NCBI RefSeq assembly: GCF_000281045.1
Contig: NW_008246078.1
Span: forward strand, 386,200-422,340
Direction of reading: 5' to 3'
Length of the DNA stretch: 36,141 nt
From: Saprolegnia diclina VS20
Lineage: Eukaryota
Shown piece after piece: positions 1-12,830 of the stretch. The position numbers were made by a program, and so were the translations under genes. Under the pieces are notes generated by a model. The model did not search any database. It was not told the DNA's origin and was given only the letters and a program-made list of their open reading frames with translations. Each line of letters starts with the position of its first letter. The stretch's first letter is position 1.

Positions 1-607
1 AACGATGCTGATCGTCTGATTTGCGGCAAGCGAGCTGATCTGATCACGAGCGCAGCATCCGGATCACTTGCTGTTCGTTCGGATCATTCGACTGTATGTT
101 CTGATAAATCTGCCGAATTTGTGATCACACACAGGGTCGTAGCACCGAGCTGTCGGCACTCAACCAGAGTACAACTGCAAGTAGAAGACACCAAAGTAAA
201 TTCAACACAGCGACTGTGGCACGCAGTGTAGCGTGTCGCTACCACATTCTGGTAGCGACACGGCATGGGACTTGCGATAGCGTCATGTGCGAGCACCTGA
301 TCGGGTCGGAATATTTCAGAACTGCACGGCATGTAATACCTACGGTAGCTAGGTGCACGGTGTCAAGCGAAGAAGCGAGGGGAGCTCAAACAAAGAACGA
401 TGACGTTCGTGAGTCCGCCGTGACCCAGTAAAATCGACTTGGTATGTGTGGCACAATATAGTCTTAACAGCTTTACAACAGTAGAGACAATGGGAGACGA
501 GATACACTAGACCTCCAGTTCCGTCCTTGCAGCTTAGCATGCGGGCTTGGCGCGGCGCGGGATCACAACCGAGTCGAAGAGCGTCGTCGTCTCACCGTTG
601 GCGCGGA

Positions 608-707
608 NNNNNNNNNNNNNNNNNNNNNNNNNNNNNNNNNNNNNNNNNNNNNNNNNNNNNNNNNNNNNNNNNNNNNNNNNNNNNNNNNNNNNNNNNNNNN
701 NNNNNNN
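608..707. other. Assembly gap (100 N)
   Basis: Run of N in the sequence. Confidence 0.99.
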
Positions 708-1371
708 ACAAAGAACGGTGACGTTCTTGAGTCCGCTGTTGTGGGGTTTTGTATGCAGGGACACATCTCACGTCACTGTGACACGATCACCGGGCAAGCG
801 CGCGTTTGGTGTATACGTATTTGGCCGCTATCGGACCGAGTGTCTGGTGCTGTTTACCTGTCGAGAGGCAGACCGGGTGTCGCCGATCAGGCGACCGATC
901 CAGCTCATGCAGCCATGTGTTGACGACGGCTGTTGTCATGCGCTGGGCCCTGTTTGCCTAACTCCAAGAACAAAAGAGTATACTTCCGACGTCGTTTGCT
1001 GGCATCATGAGAAGTGCCTTTCTCTTTGCTGCGCGTACGAGCGTGCGTGGCCCGTGCGCTCCTCCTTCGCGTTTGTTACAGCCAAGGGGGCGATCGCGAT
1101 CCCACCCCAAAGTTCTCCGTGCTGGTGAAAATAAGGCATGGAAGAGGGCCGCTCGATCGACGACGCAAGAGCAACGGACGTTACGTAGTGTCACAACCGC
1201 AACCGCACACTAGCGACGCCCACATTGTATGCAGTATCGATTTCTGTACAATTTCGTATGCGCATGCTATAACTTGAGGCGTGTCGCAAGACAGACATAC
1301 TTGTCAGATCCATCTGGCGTCCCGCCGCTTGGCAACTTGCTCGCACATTTCATTTTTCCCGTAAGAGGACA

Positions 1372-1845
1372 ATGAAGTACTTCAACCCGCATGGACCAGC
1401 CCCCAAGCGCAAGCCCAAGGTGCCCGTCAAGCCCACCGTCACGGGGGTGTGGTCCCCGGACGAGCACAAGCGATTTCTGATTGCGCTCGAGCAATTCCCC
1501 CACGGCCCTTGGAAGGCGATCGCGACCCACGTCGGGACGCGCACAGCACGCCAAACGCAAACGCACGCGCAGAAGTACCGTCAAAAGCTCATTCGGAGGG
1601 TGCCCTGTCCCGACCAAGCCAAAGACGTCATGTTCAGCCTCGTCCAGGCCGACTTGAGCGAAACCCTCGCTGATAGTAGCGCGGCGTCCTCCCCGCGACA
1701 AGTTCCCGTCGAGGTCAAGGCCGAAGACGACGACAACATATCCAACGTAGTCGACGAACTCAACAACGCTCTCACGTTCCTGCCATCCCTCGACACGTGC
1801 TTGGACTTTTTCTGGCATACTCTAATGGTCGAGTCAGATCCCTAG
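1372..1845 (+). CDS. Single-repeat Myb (SHAQKYF-class) transcription factor, 157 aa, intronless
   Basis: Myb/SANT repeat GVWSPDEHKRFLIALEQFPHGPWKAIATHVGTRTARQTQTHAQKY; C-terminal SLDTCLDFF motif; Inr-like TCATTTT just upstream of the ATG. Confidence 0.92.
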   Translation: MKYFNPHGPAPKRKPKVPVKPTVTGVWSPDEHKRFLIALEQFPHGPWKAIATHVGTRTARQTQTHAQKYRQKLIRRVPCPDQAKDVMFSLVQADLSETLADSSAASSPRQVPVEVKAEDDDNISNVVDELNNALTFLPSLDTCLDFFWHTLMVESDP

Positions 1846-1939
1846 CTCTTTAGTCTGTCCGATATTTATAGTACCGAGTTCTCTTATATTTTGACGTCCA
1901 ATTCTAGCATAAATCATAAACACCACCTCCGTAAACTAT

Positions 1940-4900
1940 ACATGTTTCACTTCGGTATGCGCTCGAGGCATCGGCCGTATCGAGGGCATAGAAGACTTGA
2001 TCGCAGCAGTAGTCTCGCCTCCATTTGATCGAAATATTGTTTCATTTTGAGCCAAACGAAGTTGTCTTGGAGAGAAGTGGAAGACGCGGGGCCACGTGCA
2101 CCTTGCGCCGCGACTCGAGAGCGTGGTTGAGTGCCTTTAGATCTTCCATGATCTCCTCCTCGCTATGTTCCATGATTACGTAGACACCAGTCCCATGCAT
2201 AAAACAGCGTCATACCGGTCCGTCAACTGCGTGCGCAACAAGCTCATCTCAGACTCCTGTTCGTCGTATGGTGGTGCCGGTTGGGTCCGTCCGCCCTGGA
2301 CGGTGCGCGTTGGTAGGCGAGGAAATCGGTCGGAACGCTCGTTGAGGAATGGAGAGAGCGCACCCTACACACGTACACGTGAAACCCTAACCCGGTGTTG
2401 GCGCGTACCAGCCGTGTCCGCGCCTCGGCCCGTCGCCGGAGTTTGTCGCGCTTGATGCGATACGTTATGCGGCAGTAGAACCCTCGAAAGCACGCTTGGA
2501 TACGCGTCGCCGCCGTGATCTGCCGCAGAGTAGGCTTGCGTCGAGGCAGTTTTTTCTTGGCTCTGGCGTGGCCGTCGTTCCACGCGCGGACTGGGAGCTT
2601 GTCCAGCTGCAAGTGCGGTATCACCGACCGTATGTTGGTAGCCGTGTTTTTCTGCTGCCATGGCGCCAGTGATGAGGTCGGAACCGAGAGATACCATGGC
2701 TGCACGACCACGGGATGCGGCACCAGCGGTGGGATCGACCGTCGGCGTGTCGATGGAGGTGTCTCGGAGCGCGCAGGCTTCGGCGCGGGTTGCTCTCTCC
2801 GGCTTTGATTGGTGTTGACGGTCAAAGAGACTCGACGCGCTCCGTGTGGCGAGGCAGCTGGTGAGCCTTGGTTTGGTTGGAACTCAATGATGCGGTCCAC
2901 CTCGTCCATCAATAGGTCGCTCGCAACTTCCATCTCGGTCCCGTCAGTATCAACCTTGCGCTTCATTGGTGTATCTCGGATCGATGCCAGTGCATTGGCC
3001 GGCACCCTGCACGAGTCGGCAATACGTCGGGGGCCATCAAGTCGAGCACCACCGTCGATACTCATCGTGGGTGATATATCATCTGTTCGTACTGGCATTG
3101 CAGCATCCGAGATCTCGACCCACTGGCTCTCTCGGTAAACATTGTCAGACGGTGCCGCCGGCCCCTCGGGCATGGCATTGGACTCGGTAAAGCTTGCGCT
3201 CGTCAGTAGCACCATGGTGACCACTGGTTCGATCCTCGGCGCGTCCAGGGGCGTTGGCGGCCGAATGGAAGTCGACATCTCGGTATCGCGGCGGTCCGTC
3301 GTAGCCTCGAGGGCCAGCGCGGGCTCGTTCTCAATGCCACCGTTGTAGCGACTAGAGACGACGCCGTTGATCTGCTCGCTGTCCGCTGTTCGTTCTATCT
3401 CTTGTGCGACCGATACGACGTTGGTGTCCACTGGGTATACCGCGACAGCGCATGTAGAGTCTGGCGACGACATACAGTCCGTCTCAACGGTGGGCCCACT
3501 CGCTTCACTTGCGAGAGGCATTGTCTGTAACGTTGTCGCTACATTGCGCAGTCGCAAAGCAACTTGAACGCTGGTGAACGTAGCGCGTGCATTCTGTATC
3601 CCCTTGGTCGATTGCGTCAGCGGGTCTTCTAGCGGTTGGCCATCAAGCGGTGCCGCTGCTGCGTTGCCAGCGTCAACTCGTATCGGTACTTGCCGGCCTG
3701 ATCGTCGCACAACAGTATGTGTCGGCAACGGCTTGCTCGGCTCGAGATCGGTGCTATACAAGTACCACATGACATCAGCCTCTGTACATGACACACGCAC
3801 TCTCGATGCAAAAACCGAAAGCGACGAAGGCTCGACACAAAAATCTGCTCCTCGTCTTGGACAAGGTCGTCGAGAACGCTGGTGATCGCGCTGTCGACAA
3901 CTTGTCGTGTATAGTCGATGACGACCGGTGCATAAATGCGTTGGATGCACACGTCGATGGCGGCCTCCAAGAGGCCACAGACGACGCGGTTTTGCATGGC
4001 ATCGACAGCAGCGAGAAGTCGCAAGCGTCGCTGCCACCGCCACTCGACCCACCGCACCGTCCTACAGCGATCGTTCCTCTAGCCTTTGCAGTTTTGATGA
4101 AAATACCACAGCAGTCGCCGACGGGCGGCTTCAACGACCGGGTACAAGACGATGCGTAGGGGGTGTTCGGCAAAGACGCGCTTGGATGTACGGTGCGCGT
4201 ACCTACATATAACAAGGTCGATGGCGCGACCACGACTGAAGCATTTACCAAAGTTGATTTTGGATGCAGTGCGTAGTAAAGGCATTGGCTTGCGAGAAGA
4301 GCCACTGCAGTGCGTCTACCTGCAGAGGTAGCCGCTTTGCGATGGCCATATCGAGCGCCGGCGGGTACAGACTCGAGAGAAGGTCCGACGTCGTCATCTG
4401 AGATGGTGACAAGGCCGTGGCCGGCGTCAAATGTCGAGCGATTCCAAAATGCTCATATCTACGATGTGGGCTATAAGAACTATCTTACTCTAAGTAAGGA
4501 GAGGGTGCAAGACCGGAGAAAGAGGAGCGAGGCTGGGCGCAAGGGCGATGCGTGGGACGCCACCCGCTTGAGCTTTTTGAGAGCCGACGGAATCGCTGTC
4601 GTCAGAAAAGTATGGTTGATGGCGACGAGGATGTCTCCGACCATGACAGCAAGTTGACGGTCTTGCGCATGTGGTACTTTGGTCACGACAACAATGCCTT
4701 TGGACGTAGAGGAGAGCGGCGTGGTTGTCAGTGCATAGGGCGCTTGTGCTGCGAGCTAGCACACGCAATAATTTTTCGCAAAAATCGCAACAAAATTACC
4801 TCGAGACCCCAGGTCTGCGCGCTCGACGTCGTAAAGTGCTCGCAGTACAACGCGTCTCGTGCGTCACTGTTTAGATTGAGGTGCGCGATATCTATACATA

Positions 4901-5753
4901 TCATGGACACATATTGTCCACGATCATTCGACAAACATGGAATCTTCATTTCTGGCCAGAGGGACTCGTCCAAGAGAAGCGCGCAGAAGTGTTGCCATAT
5001 TTTGTCTTCCAGCGCCATGACAATCTACGCGCTTACTGGTCGTCTCCAGTGTTACCCCCTTGAAACGAGACTGCGTACCTCGTCCCATGAATACAGTGAG
5101 GTGCGCAGCCGCGTCTGCGTCTCGCGCCACAGTTGCCACGCGCGGGACGTGTACGCCACAGCTTTGGGGTGTCCATCGTCGGCATAGAGAGTATACGACG
5201 GCGAAAAGTACCACGTCACGTCGTTGTGGGTGAAGGTAGTAAGCTCAAACGGCGACGACAGCGGTGGTCGCACGAGGTGCAGTGCTACGTTGGCATCGGC
5301 ATAGTCGTGTCGGAGGAAAAGGAGGTGCGTCGGCGCAGTGTCAGTCGCAGCACGCAATAGCAAATGCATTTCGAGAACGTCGAGTCCGTCTACCGCCACC
5401 CATACCATTCTCCAAACTCTTGCAAAATGGAGAATAATCTACCGAGCTCAACGCCGTTGACCGCCACGAGCTGGTTGCCGACGGCGACGGCGTGGAAATC
5501 GCTTCCGTCGACGGGCAGAATCGACGTCACAAGGAGACTGCCAGAGAGATGTTGCACCGCCGTGTCGGACTCAACGTTGCGCAGCGGCAGGCGCGTATCG
5601 TCCACCCGCAACTCGAGCTACAGAACAGCATGAGCAAGTTGGATATCTACAGACGCGTACCTCAAGGCTCCAGTAACGATGTGAAGCGATGGTCGCCCAG
5701 GGCGCTGATGTCGTCACGACATAGAGTGCTTCGGGCAGCAAGATTTGCACCAT
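1940..5753 (-). CDS. Large multi-exon protein with two PDZ-like segments, a long low-complexity region and a C-terminal IQ motif (3' end and middle exons approximate)
   Basis: Exon 1 is 5753-5661 (MVQILLPEALY...WSLE) and intron 5660-5618 joins it in frame to LELRVDD. PDZ-like segments: LLVTSILPVDG...AVAVGNQLVAVNGVELDGLDVLEMHLLLR and GIVVVTKV...AVMVGDILVAINHTFL...SLLFLR. IQ motif AATRIQACFRGFYCR near 2460-2515. Confidence 0.6.
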
Positions 5754-5782
5754 TTCGACGGCCCCGGTCGCTGAAACCGACA

Positions 5783-6330
5783 ATGGCCGCAACGCTCAAG
5801 GTTGTCGAGCGCCGTCGACGGGCGCCGTCGAGTCCGATTCGTGTCCAAGCACCCGTGGTACCCGGTCCGGACGCCCTTCTCGGGCAGTGGCACAAGGCAG
5901 CGATCGCCATGTATGACATTCGGCGCGCCCTCGAGGTCCCTTGCGAGGCGCAGGAGCCGTCGAGCGGACAATTGACAATGGGGTTGCTCGAGATGCCGCT
6001 CGAGGTATTTCTCAAAGGCGAATGATTTCATTGTACAACCTGTGTGCAGAGCGACGAGTCGATCATTGCGATGAACAAACGACTGATTCAAGAGGTGAAT
6101 AGCATTCTGTCTGGCACGTCAATGTGCATAAGGACACATGTAGCGGAATGCCCTCATGCAACAAAAAGAGATTTGGCAAGCCGAGCTGCAAGGCCAACAT
6201 GACAGTCTTCAAGAGGTTTCGCATTCAACCTTGACTCCGTTTAAACTCGGTGGTGTAGGTCCTCCTAGCCACGCGACAGCTCAAGCTCAAGCTACAAACA
6301 CAAGCGACACTTGATGGGCCGAGCGCCTAA
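5783..6330 (+). CDS. Hypothetical coiled-coil protein, about 136 aa, 4 exons
   Basis: Three phase-0 GT-AG introns (6005-6049, 6095-6143, 6216-6258) give a continuous frame ...MPLE|SDESIIAMNKRLIQE|RNALMQQKEIWQAELQGQHDSLQE|VLLATRQLKLKLQ...SA-stop. The start could lie further upstream at ATG 5630. Confidence 0.65.
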
Positions 6331-6449
6331 ATGCATACCACCACGTCTACAGAAATACTTCTCATTGAGCGTGCGAGACTGTCTAAGGTGTCGGAGTGCA
6401 GGAGGGTATCACATACGAAAGGCCAACCTGCGTTGCAGTGGTGCGTGTG

Positions 6450-6524
6450 TTAAATATGGCACATGCCATATTTAATATTCTTCTTCTGCTAGTCAAGGGT
6501 CACTGATTATTGACCCTTGACTAG
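6450..6524. repeat. Two adjacent inverted repeats (12-bp arms at 6450-6475; 14-bp arms at 6489-6524)
   Basis: TTAAATATGGCA-ca-TGCCATATTTAA and CTAGTCAAGGGTCA-ctgattat-TGACCCTTGACTAG, read directly from the sequence. Confidence 0.9.
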
Positions 6525-6658
6525 TATGGTGCTACGGCTCAGCATTGCTTTGAAGCGAACGACGGGTTTGATAAGAACCATCCAAAGGAACTAAGGGCAG
6601 ACAAGGAACACGTATCGTATTCAGAAAAAGTAAAAAGCCGTAGAAGTTGACTAACTAA

Positions 6659-8592
6659 TTAGTTGACAGGCGCATCCATCGACGACGTGCGCGCCTTGAA
6701 AGGGTTGCGAAACGTACCGCGCTTCTTGGACGGCGACAGAACAGTGCTTGTTGGGGTCTCGGTCATGACGACCTCGCCGGCACTCACCGCGTCCGTCTTT
6801 GTCTCCGACACCGATGGTCGTGTGGTCACCTGGGGCGTGAGCTTGTTGATCGAACCGGTTTTCGCAACGTCGTTCGTCACCGGGTCGGTTGTTTCCGCCG
6901 GCGTCTTGACGTCCTTGGATGCCACGACAGTGTCGTTCAGCGCTTGGTTGGACCCACTCTTGACGTTGGCGACCAAGCCGAGTGGGTTCACCTTGGGCTT
7001 CTCCACCGATTTGATGGCCGACTTGCGTTTTGGCTCGTCTGTTGCGGGTGCTGTTTTGACGGCCAAGTCACTAGCGACGGGCTTAACGAACGGCTCGCCT
7101 TTGGCCTTGTTGAAGAGACCCGACATTTTTTTCTTTTCAACCACAGGTAGCGGTGCAACGGAGGCACTTGGCTCAGTGACAGGCGCCGTCGGCGAGCTGG
7201 CCCCAGTGGCGGTGGCACTCGAAACACGGTTGATTGTCGGTGCACTGTCTGACGTCGGTGTCACCTCGCTACCGGTGGTCGACTCGACCGTAGCTGGTAC
7301 TGACGAGGCCTCGGCAACGGGACCGGTAGTCTCTTTATCTTTGTCCTTGGTGCCAAACTTGGCGCGCCAGCCAGTTGCTACGGGTTTCGCGGGCGTGTCC
7401 CCCGCTGATTCGCTCTTCTGGAGCGCCGGGGGGGATGCTGTCTTTGCTGGCACCGACTCGCTTTTCTTGAGCTCCGTGGCAGCCGTAGTGCTTTGGGTGG
7501 GATTGACAGGCGGAGCAACGTCTGGCACGCTCACAGCAGCAGCTTCTGTCGACGCGGATGCTTCGACGACGGGGGTCGTTGTCTCCTTGCCCTTCTCTTT
7601 GGTGCCAAACTTCATGCGCCAGCCCGACGTCGTGGGCTTGGGTGGTGCGTCGCCCGCCGAGTCACTCTTCTTGAGCACCGGGGGAGATGCTGTCTTGACG
7701 GGCACCGACTCACTCTTTTTGAGCTCGGCGTCCGTGTCTTTGGCCTTGGCATTCTTTGTCCAAAACTTGGTCGCTCGCTTTTTGTTGGCTTGGACGTCCA
7801 CGACAGGGCTCGTCGTATCGATGTCTGCCTCGTCGACGGGCGGCGTCGGGGGTGGCGCCGTCATCGGCGTGTCGCAGCTCGTCCGCGACAGGCTTCGAAC
7901 GTTGCCATCACCGTCGACAAACTGAAGATGGCGCGACGGTGCCTTGTTTGTGTGTGCTATCTCGCTCAGCGCCACCTTGTCGCCTTGGGCTGGCTTGTAC
8001 GCTGCCTCGAGCGATCGAAGGACGCTGGCATTGGCTTTGGCGATCTTCTTGTGCTTGGAGTCCTTCTCGGCCACGACTTTGGGGTCGATCGCGTTGTTCT
8101 ACTCAGAATGAACACGTCAACCTTGTGGCCGCCAAGATTCGACTTCGAACGCACAGATTTGTACACGATAAACGCGGGCTCGGGCACCAGCTGCGTCGGA
8201 TCCAAGACGTCGCCCGGCGGCAAGCCTGCGCGCGGATCGGTTGCGTACTCGAGCTTGACGCCGCGCGCGTGCATGCGGTTCGTCACCGTCGCCGAGCGCT
8301 TCACGACCCCTTCCTTGCTCCAGTAGAGCGCTTGCGAGTCCATTTTGGAGTACCCGGCGCGGGGCGACGCGACACTACTGTGGCTCGTACTTGGCGACGC
8401 GATGCGGTCGATGGCGCGGCCTTTCCCGAGCACATGGTCCAAAATGTGCTCGGACATGGGCGGCAGCGCATCAATGTCGCTGATCGAGATGCTGTGGGTG
8501 AGCGAAGGGTGCGATGACGTGTCGGGCGTCGACGCAGCAGACGCCAACTCGGCTTTGGGTTTGCGCGGGCTCGGGAGCCGGAACTGCACCAT
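6659..8592 (-). CDS. Hypothetical K/S/T/P-rich disordered protein, about 625 aa, 2 exons, with an internal 58-aa duplication
   Basis: ATG 8592 (MVQFRLPSPRK). Intron 8154-8099 (GTGCGT...AG) joins the 7966..8616 and 6659..8074 ORFs in frame (YKS|NNAIDPK). Confidence 0.8.
7301..7726 (-). repeat. Intragenic duplication, 2 x about 174 nt, 252-nt spacing
   Basis: ELKKSESVPVKTASPPVLKKSDSAGDAPPKPTTSGWRMKFGTKEKGKETT versus ELKKSESVPAKTASPPALQKSESAGDTPAKPVATGWRAKFGTKDKDKETT. Confidence 0.9.
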
Positions 8593-8929
8593 CTTGGCGT
8601 CGAGAAATCGAGGCAAACCAAGATTGACGACTGAATATAGATGCGAAACGAGTCACCGCGCACTAAGTTTAGACAGGCGCCACCAAGTCCCTTGTTTCGG
8701 CATGTGCCGATTTGAAGCCGGCGAAGATGAACCAACACGCTAACATATTTGCCAACGAGTTTCGAGTTTTTGAAGTGTTGGAATTGCTTGCTTTCGCGAG
8801 GCAATGGAAGCTAAGAGTGGCTATTCGCACGCACCGCTCACACTATTCCGCTACCTTTCATAGTGCAAAGGTGGCTAGAACGCGGCAGTGTCTCCCACGA
8901 CTTCAACTCAAGAGTCGAACAAGTTGATA

Positions 8930-10613
8930 CTATTTGAGCTGGCGCTTGATTGTTTTCTGAAGGAGCTCCCGCACAGAGCTACGGCTTGGGTCGATCACGG
9001 CCCACTCGCCTTGGGACATGCTCTTCTCGTTCAACAACCCTGCGTCTTTGTACACGAGCGCCTTCGACGCTGATGACGCCGAGAGCGGTGGGGCGTCGGT
9101 CGTTGATGGCGCCCACATGTGCCTCTCGTCGTCACCGCCGCCGTCTGAGTCGACCCATGACCGGCTGGTCGACATGCAGTCGTCAGAGCCCAGTGGTGGG
9201 AGACCGTAGGGATCCGGCGAGTACTTGAGGCCCAAGTTGGACGCTGTGGGCGGCAGTGTCGGTGGCGCCACCTTCTTGGGCTCCTCAAAGGTCTAGGCAG
9301 CCGATCGTTGCGTTAAAATATGAGAAAAAGTATATACCATATCCCACGTAACTTGTTGGACGAGCTGGTCGCAGAAGCGACAAATGGGCACCTCGTCATA
9401 GCACTTTGGGGGGCGGTACTTGGCGTTTTCTTGATCGGGGGGGGCGAAGGCCCACTGTTTGTAGAGCTCCATGATACAGCGAAAGCTCACTTTCGCCGGC
9501 AAGTTGATCATAAGGAACGGGACGTGGCACAGTGCACACTCGCGGCGCTTGTTGGTGCCATACCTGTAGACAGTTGGTGTCCATTGCACTATCGCAAAAG
9601 GAGGTGTGTACCGCTCTTTTTCCAGCTCTTTGGTGTAGACGTCTGTCTCGGGGGGCGGCTTGGAGAGCGCCGCGGGAATCGCCAGCGCAATCGCCTTGTC
9701 TTGGATCCCTTTGAACCGATTCTCGGAGCTACACGCCACGATAACGTTAGCGTGGTGACATGAAAGAGGACGTACTAGATGTCGCGCAGGCTGCGCTCGA
9801 CTGCTTTCTGCGTCACGGCACGCTGCTTGGTGTCGGACATGTCGATTTGCAGCTGCAGTTTGGGCAAGCTACTGCTACAATATACGAGATCTTAGAGCCG
9901 CCAAGTACGTGAATAGCTATCTCTACCTGTAGCGGTCCAAGATCGACGATTTCGACTTGGTGAGTTTTTTCGGGGGTAGCTCCGGATGGTTCTCGGGTTC
10001 TTGCGGTGGGAGTGGCAGAGGCACCTCGGTCTCGGACGGGTCTTTGTTCTTCTGGCTCGGACGTCGCACGGGGCTTTGGGTCGAGTGAAAGGCGTCCTTG
10101 AACGAAAATTTCTTGCCTACGCCACATTTGTCCAAACACGACCCTTTTCGTGACAAGAATCCCACTTTTCTTCATGGGCGATGGGGAAATGAGAACACTC
10201 ATGGGTTGATTGGCCGCGCGGGATTCGTACATTTCGTTCAAATGCAGCACAAAGTCCACAAAACACTCGATCGTACTCTGCTCGTGGGTCTTGAGGCGAT
10301 TCAACGCTGGGCGACATCTAGCACAATAGTTGCTGCTCCACGACGCTCTAGCATTGGACTCTTACCGCTCGTGCATTTCCATCCAGACCTCCGTACTCGG
10401 TTGCGGTAAGGCCATCTACGCACAAAATCCTAGTACGGGAACTCTTATTCTGACAATCTGTACGTGCTCGAGGTCCGACTGGAGCGCGTGGACAGTTCGT
10501 GTGAGCTGGTGGTGCTTGCAAAATTCTTGAACGAGGAGCAAGCTAAAGTCGTGGACCTTTTGCTGCTCGATCCCAGGCGCAAAGGGCTGCACGGGGGTCT
10601 CGGTCATGGCCAT
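8930..10613 (-). CDS. Multi-exon hypothetical protein with an N-terminal LisH-like motif and a CxxC...CxxC putative zinc-binding region
   Basis: LLLVQEFCKHHQLTRTVHALQSD (LisH-like); RECALC...VPICRFCDQLV. GT-AG introns link the ORF pieces 10416-10655, 9813-10304, 9293-9739 and 8930-9271. I checked only the first two junctions in detail. Confidence 0.65.
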
Positions 10614-10802
10614 GGCGCTGGGGGCCGTTTCTGTCGTGATTTTTATCCAATCCAAGCGCGTGTATAGATATGGGACTCGATCATTGGCGGAAACTCAAAG
10701 GGTTGGGCGGGCAGGTTGATCACATGGGTCTCTGCACCGGATAGAGCACCCATTGCCAGGTGTCAATATTGTCATGTCTAGAGTCGACGTATCTGCAAGC
10801 GA

Positions 10803-12124
10803 CTACTTCTTTGCTTTTATACTACTACCGGGTTTTTTCAGTGACGCCGGTTTGGGCGGGCTCTGCTTCTTCAAGCCTCGCACCGCCGAGATGCCGGACC
10901 CCCCGACGGCAACCTTGGACGGACTCGTCTCGGTCATTATTATTGGTGCGGTGATGTCGGTGTTGCCGACAACTACTGGCTCGGTGACGACGACAACGGG
11001 GGGCTTGATGACAATGTCGACTGCAGTTGGCGATGGCAACCAGACAGGCTTCCCCTTGCGCTCAAGTCCATCAAGGAGCGCGACAACCTCGGCGTCCGAA
11101 CGAGGCGGCGTTGCGAGCAGCGTATCGTACTCGTCGCCAAAAGACTTGTCGAGAAAGCACTGTCGCTCGGCGACCGCGACAGCGTCGGGGGGTGGCTTGT
11201 CCATGAGTTTGACCCGCGAGAGCACAAATTCTTGGACTGCGGCGCGGAGTTCGCCATCGCCCAGGACCCGCTTCTCGACGACAGTGGAGAATGGTTTTCC
11301 TTGCTTTTTGTTTTCGAGCACTTGGTACAACAGCGGCGCATGGATGCATATCGGGCGGTACTCCTGCATTTCCGATATTTGGTGGCTACGACTCTGCACA
11401 ATACTGCAATACCTCGTTCGTGGTGACGTTGACGGACAAGACGAGCAAGAGCTGCTGCGCGCGGAGCTCCAAGAGCCGAAACTCGATGCGCTCGTTGGAG
11501 CGCCAAAAGAGCTTCTCGGACACGTGCAGCTGGCGGCGCTCGCGGGGCGAGTAGAGTTCGCTGAAGGTCGGCGGTGCCTTGGGCTTGGCGCCGCCAAACT
11601 GCCGGCTAAAGTCGTCCATGCTCATCGCGGGCGGCCCGCCATCCGCCTTTTTGTGCATCAAGTAGTGGAACGCAGCAAACTCGGCCATGACGACGGTGCG
11701 TCGGGATTCCCGCCAACCGTTTCGCCACAAAAATGCTTTTATGACACCTTCAACCACCGGGTCTAAGGTCACCTTGGGCGATACTTGTCATTCACAAGCG
11801 AATTAGGACTGACTCGAGTCGGCAACGACCCTTACGAGAGCGCCAGTTTGCTGCTGCTCATTGGAGGAGGCAGAGGCAGAGGACAACAAACCTCGTGGAT
11901 GCACGCTGCTGATGGCTCCAAGTCGACCGCCTTTTGTTCCGACGGTGGGCTCTTGAATCCAACGCAGGAGGTATGCGACGAAAGCTGCGTATGTGGTGGT
12001 GTCCCTCTCTTCTATTCCCATTGGCAGTTGTCGTTGGCATCGGAGCCACCAAGTTGGTTCTGGCAGTCGATGCGTTGCTCCCAATGCTGCATATTGCTTG
12101 GGATTGGACGTGGCGTCGGTGCAT
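10803..12124 (-). CDS. Multi-exon hypothetical protein (5' end unresolved, about 11900-12260)
   Basis: Codon-biased ORF pieces 11386-11772 (VIKAFLWRNGW...NVTTNE) and 10803-~11365 (EYRPICIHAPLLY...) joined by a short GT-AG intron; K/P-rich tail. Confidence 0.6.
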
Positions 12125-12279
12125 CGATCACCACGGGCTTAGCTCTCGGGCTTATGGAGAGACGTCGTTGTCTCGGAGTGGATGTCTACCTTTTGAGCTA
12201 GGACAAGGTCGCGTGACCGAGACACAAGGAAAAATGGATGGGGATACTCTCAGGCAGCATTGCATTAGCGTCCAGCACT

Positions 12280-12830
<551 letters not shown>

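Noticed and set aside
1..1300. GATC-rich start with a short GATGCTG/CAGCATC inverted repeat, and ORFs crossing the N gap
   Set aside because: The arms are only 7 bp, the ORFs are inflated by Ns, and no product is recognisable.
2381..2395. Telomere-like AAACCCTAACCC, and GGTTTAGGGTTGGG near 15944
   Set aside because: Only one or two units each. The first lies within a predicted intron. Both are compatible with chance.
6663..7925. 420-aa plus-strand ORF, and similar long antisense ORFs at 10753-11766, 12238-12810, 17453-18337, 22955-24265, 24069-25457, 25626-26615 and 27063-27914
   Set aside because: They are antisense shadows of strongly codon-biased real genes and have no independent protein motifs.
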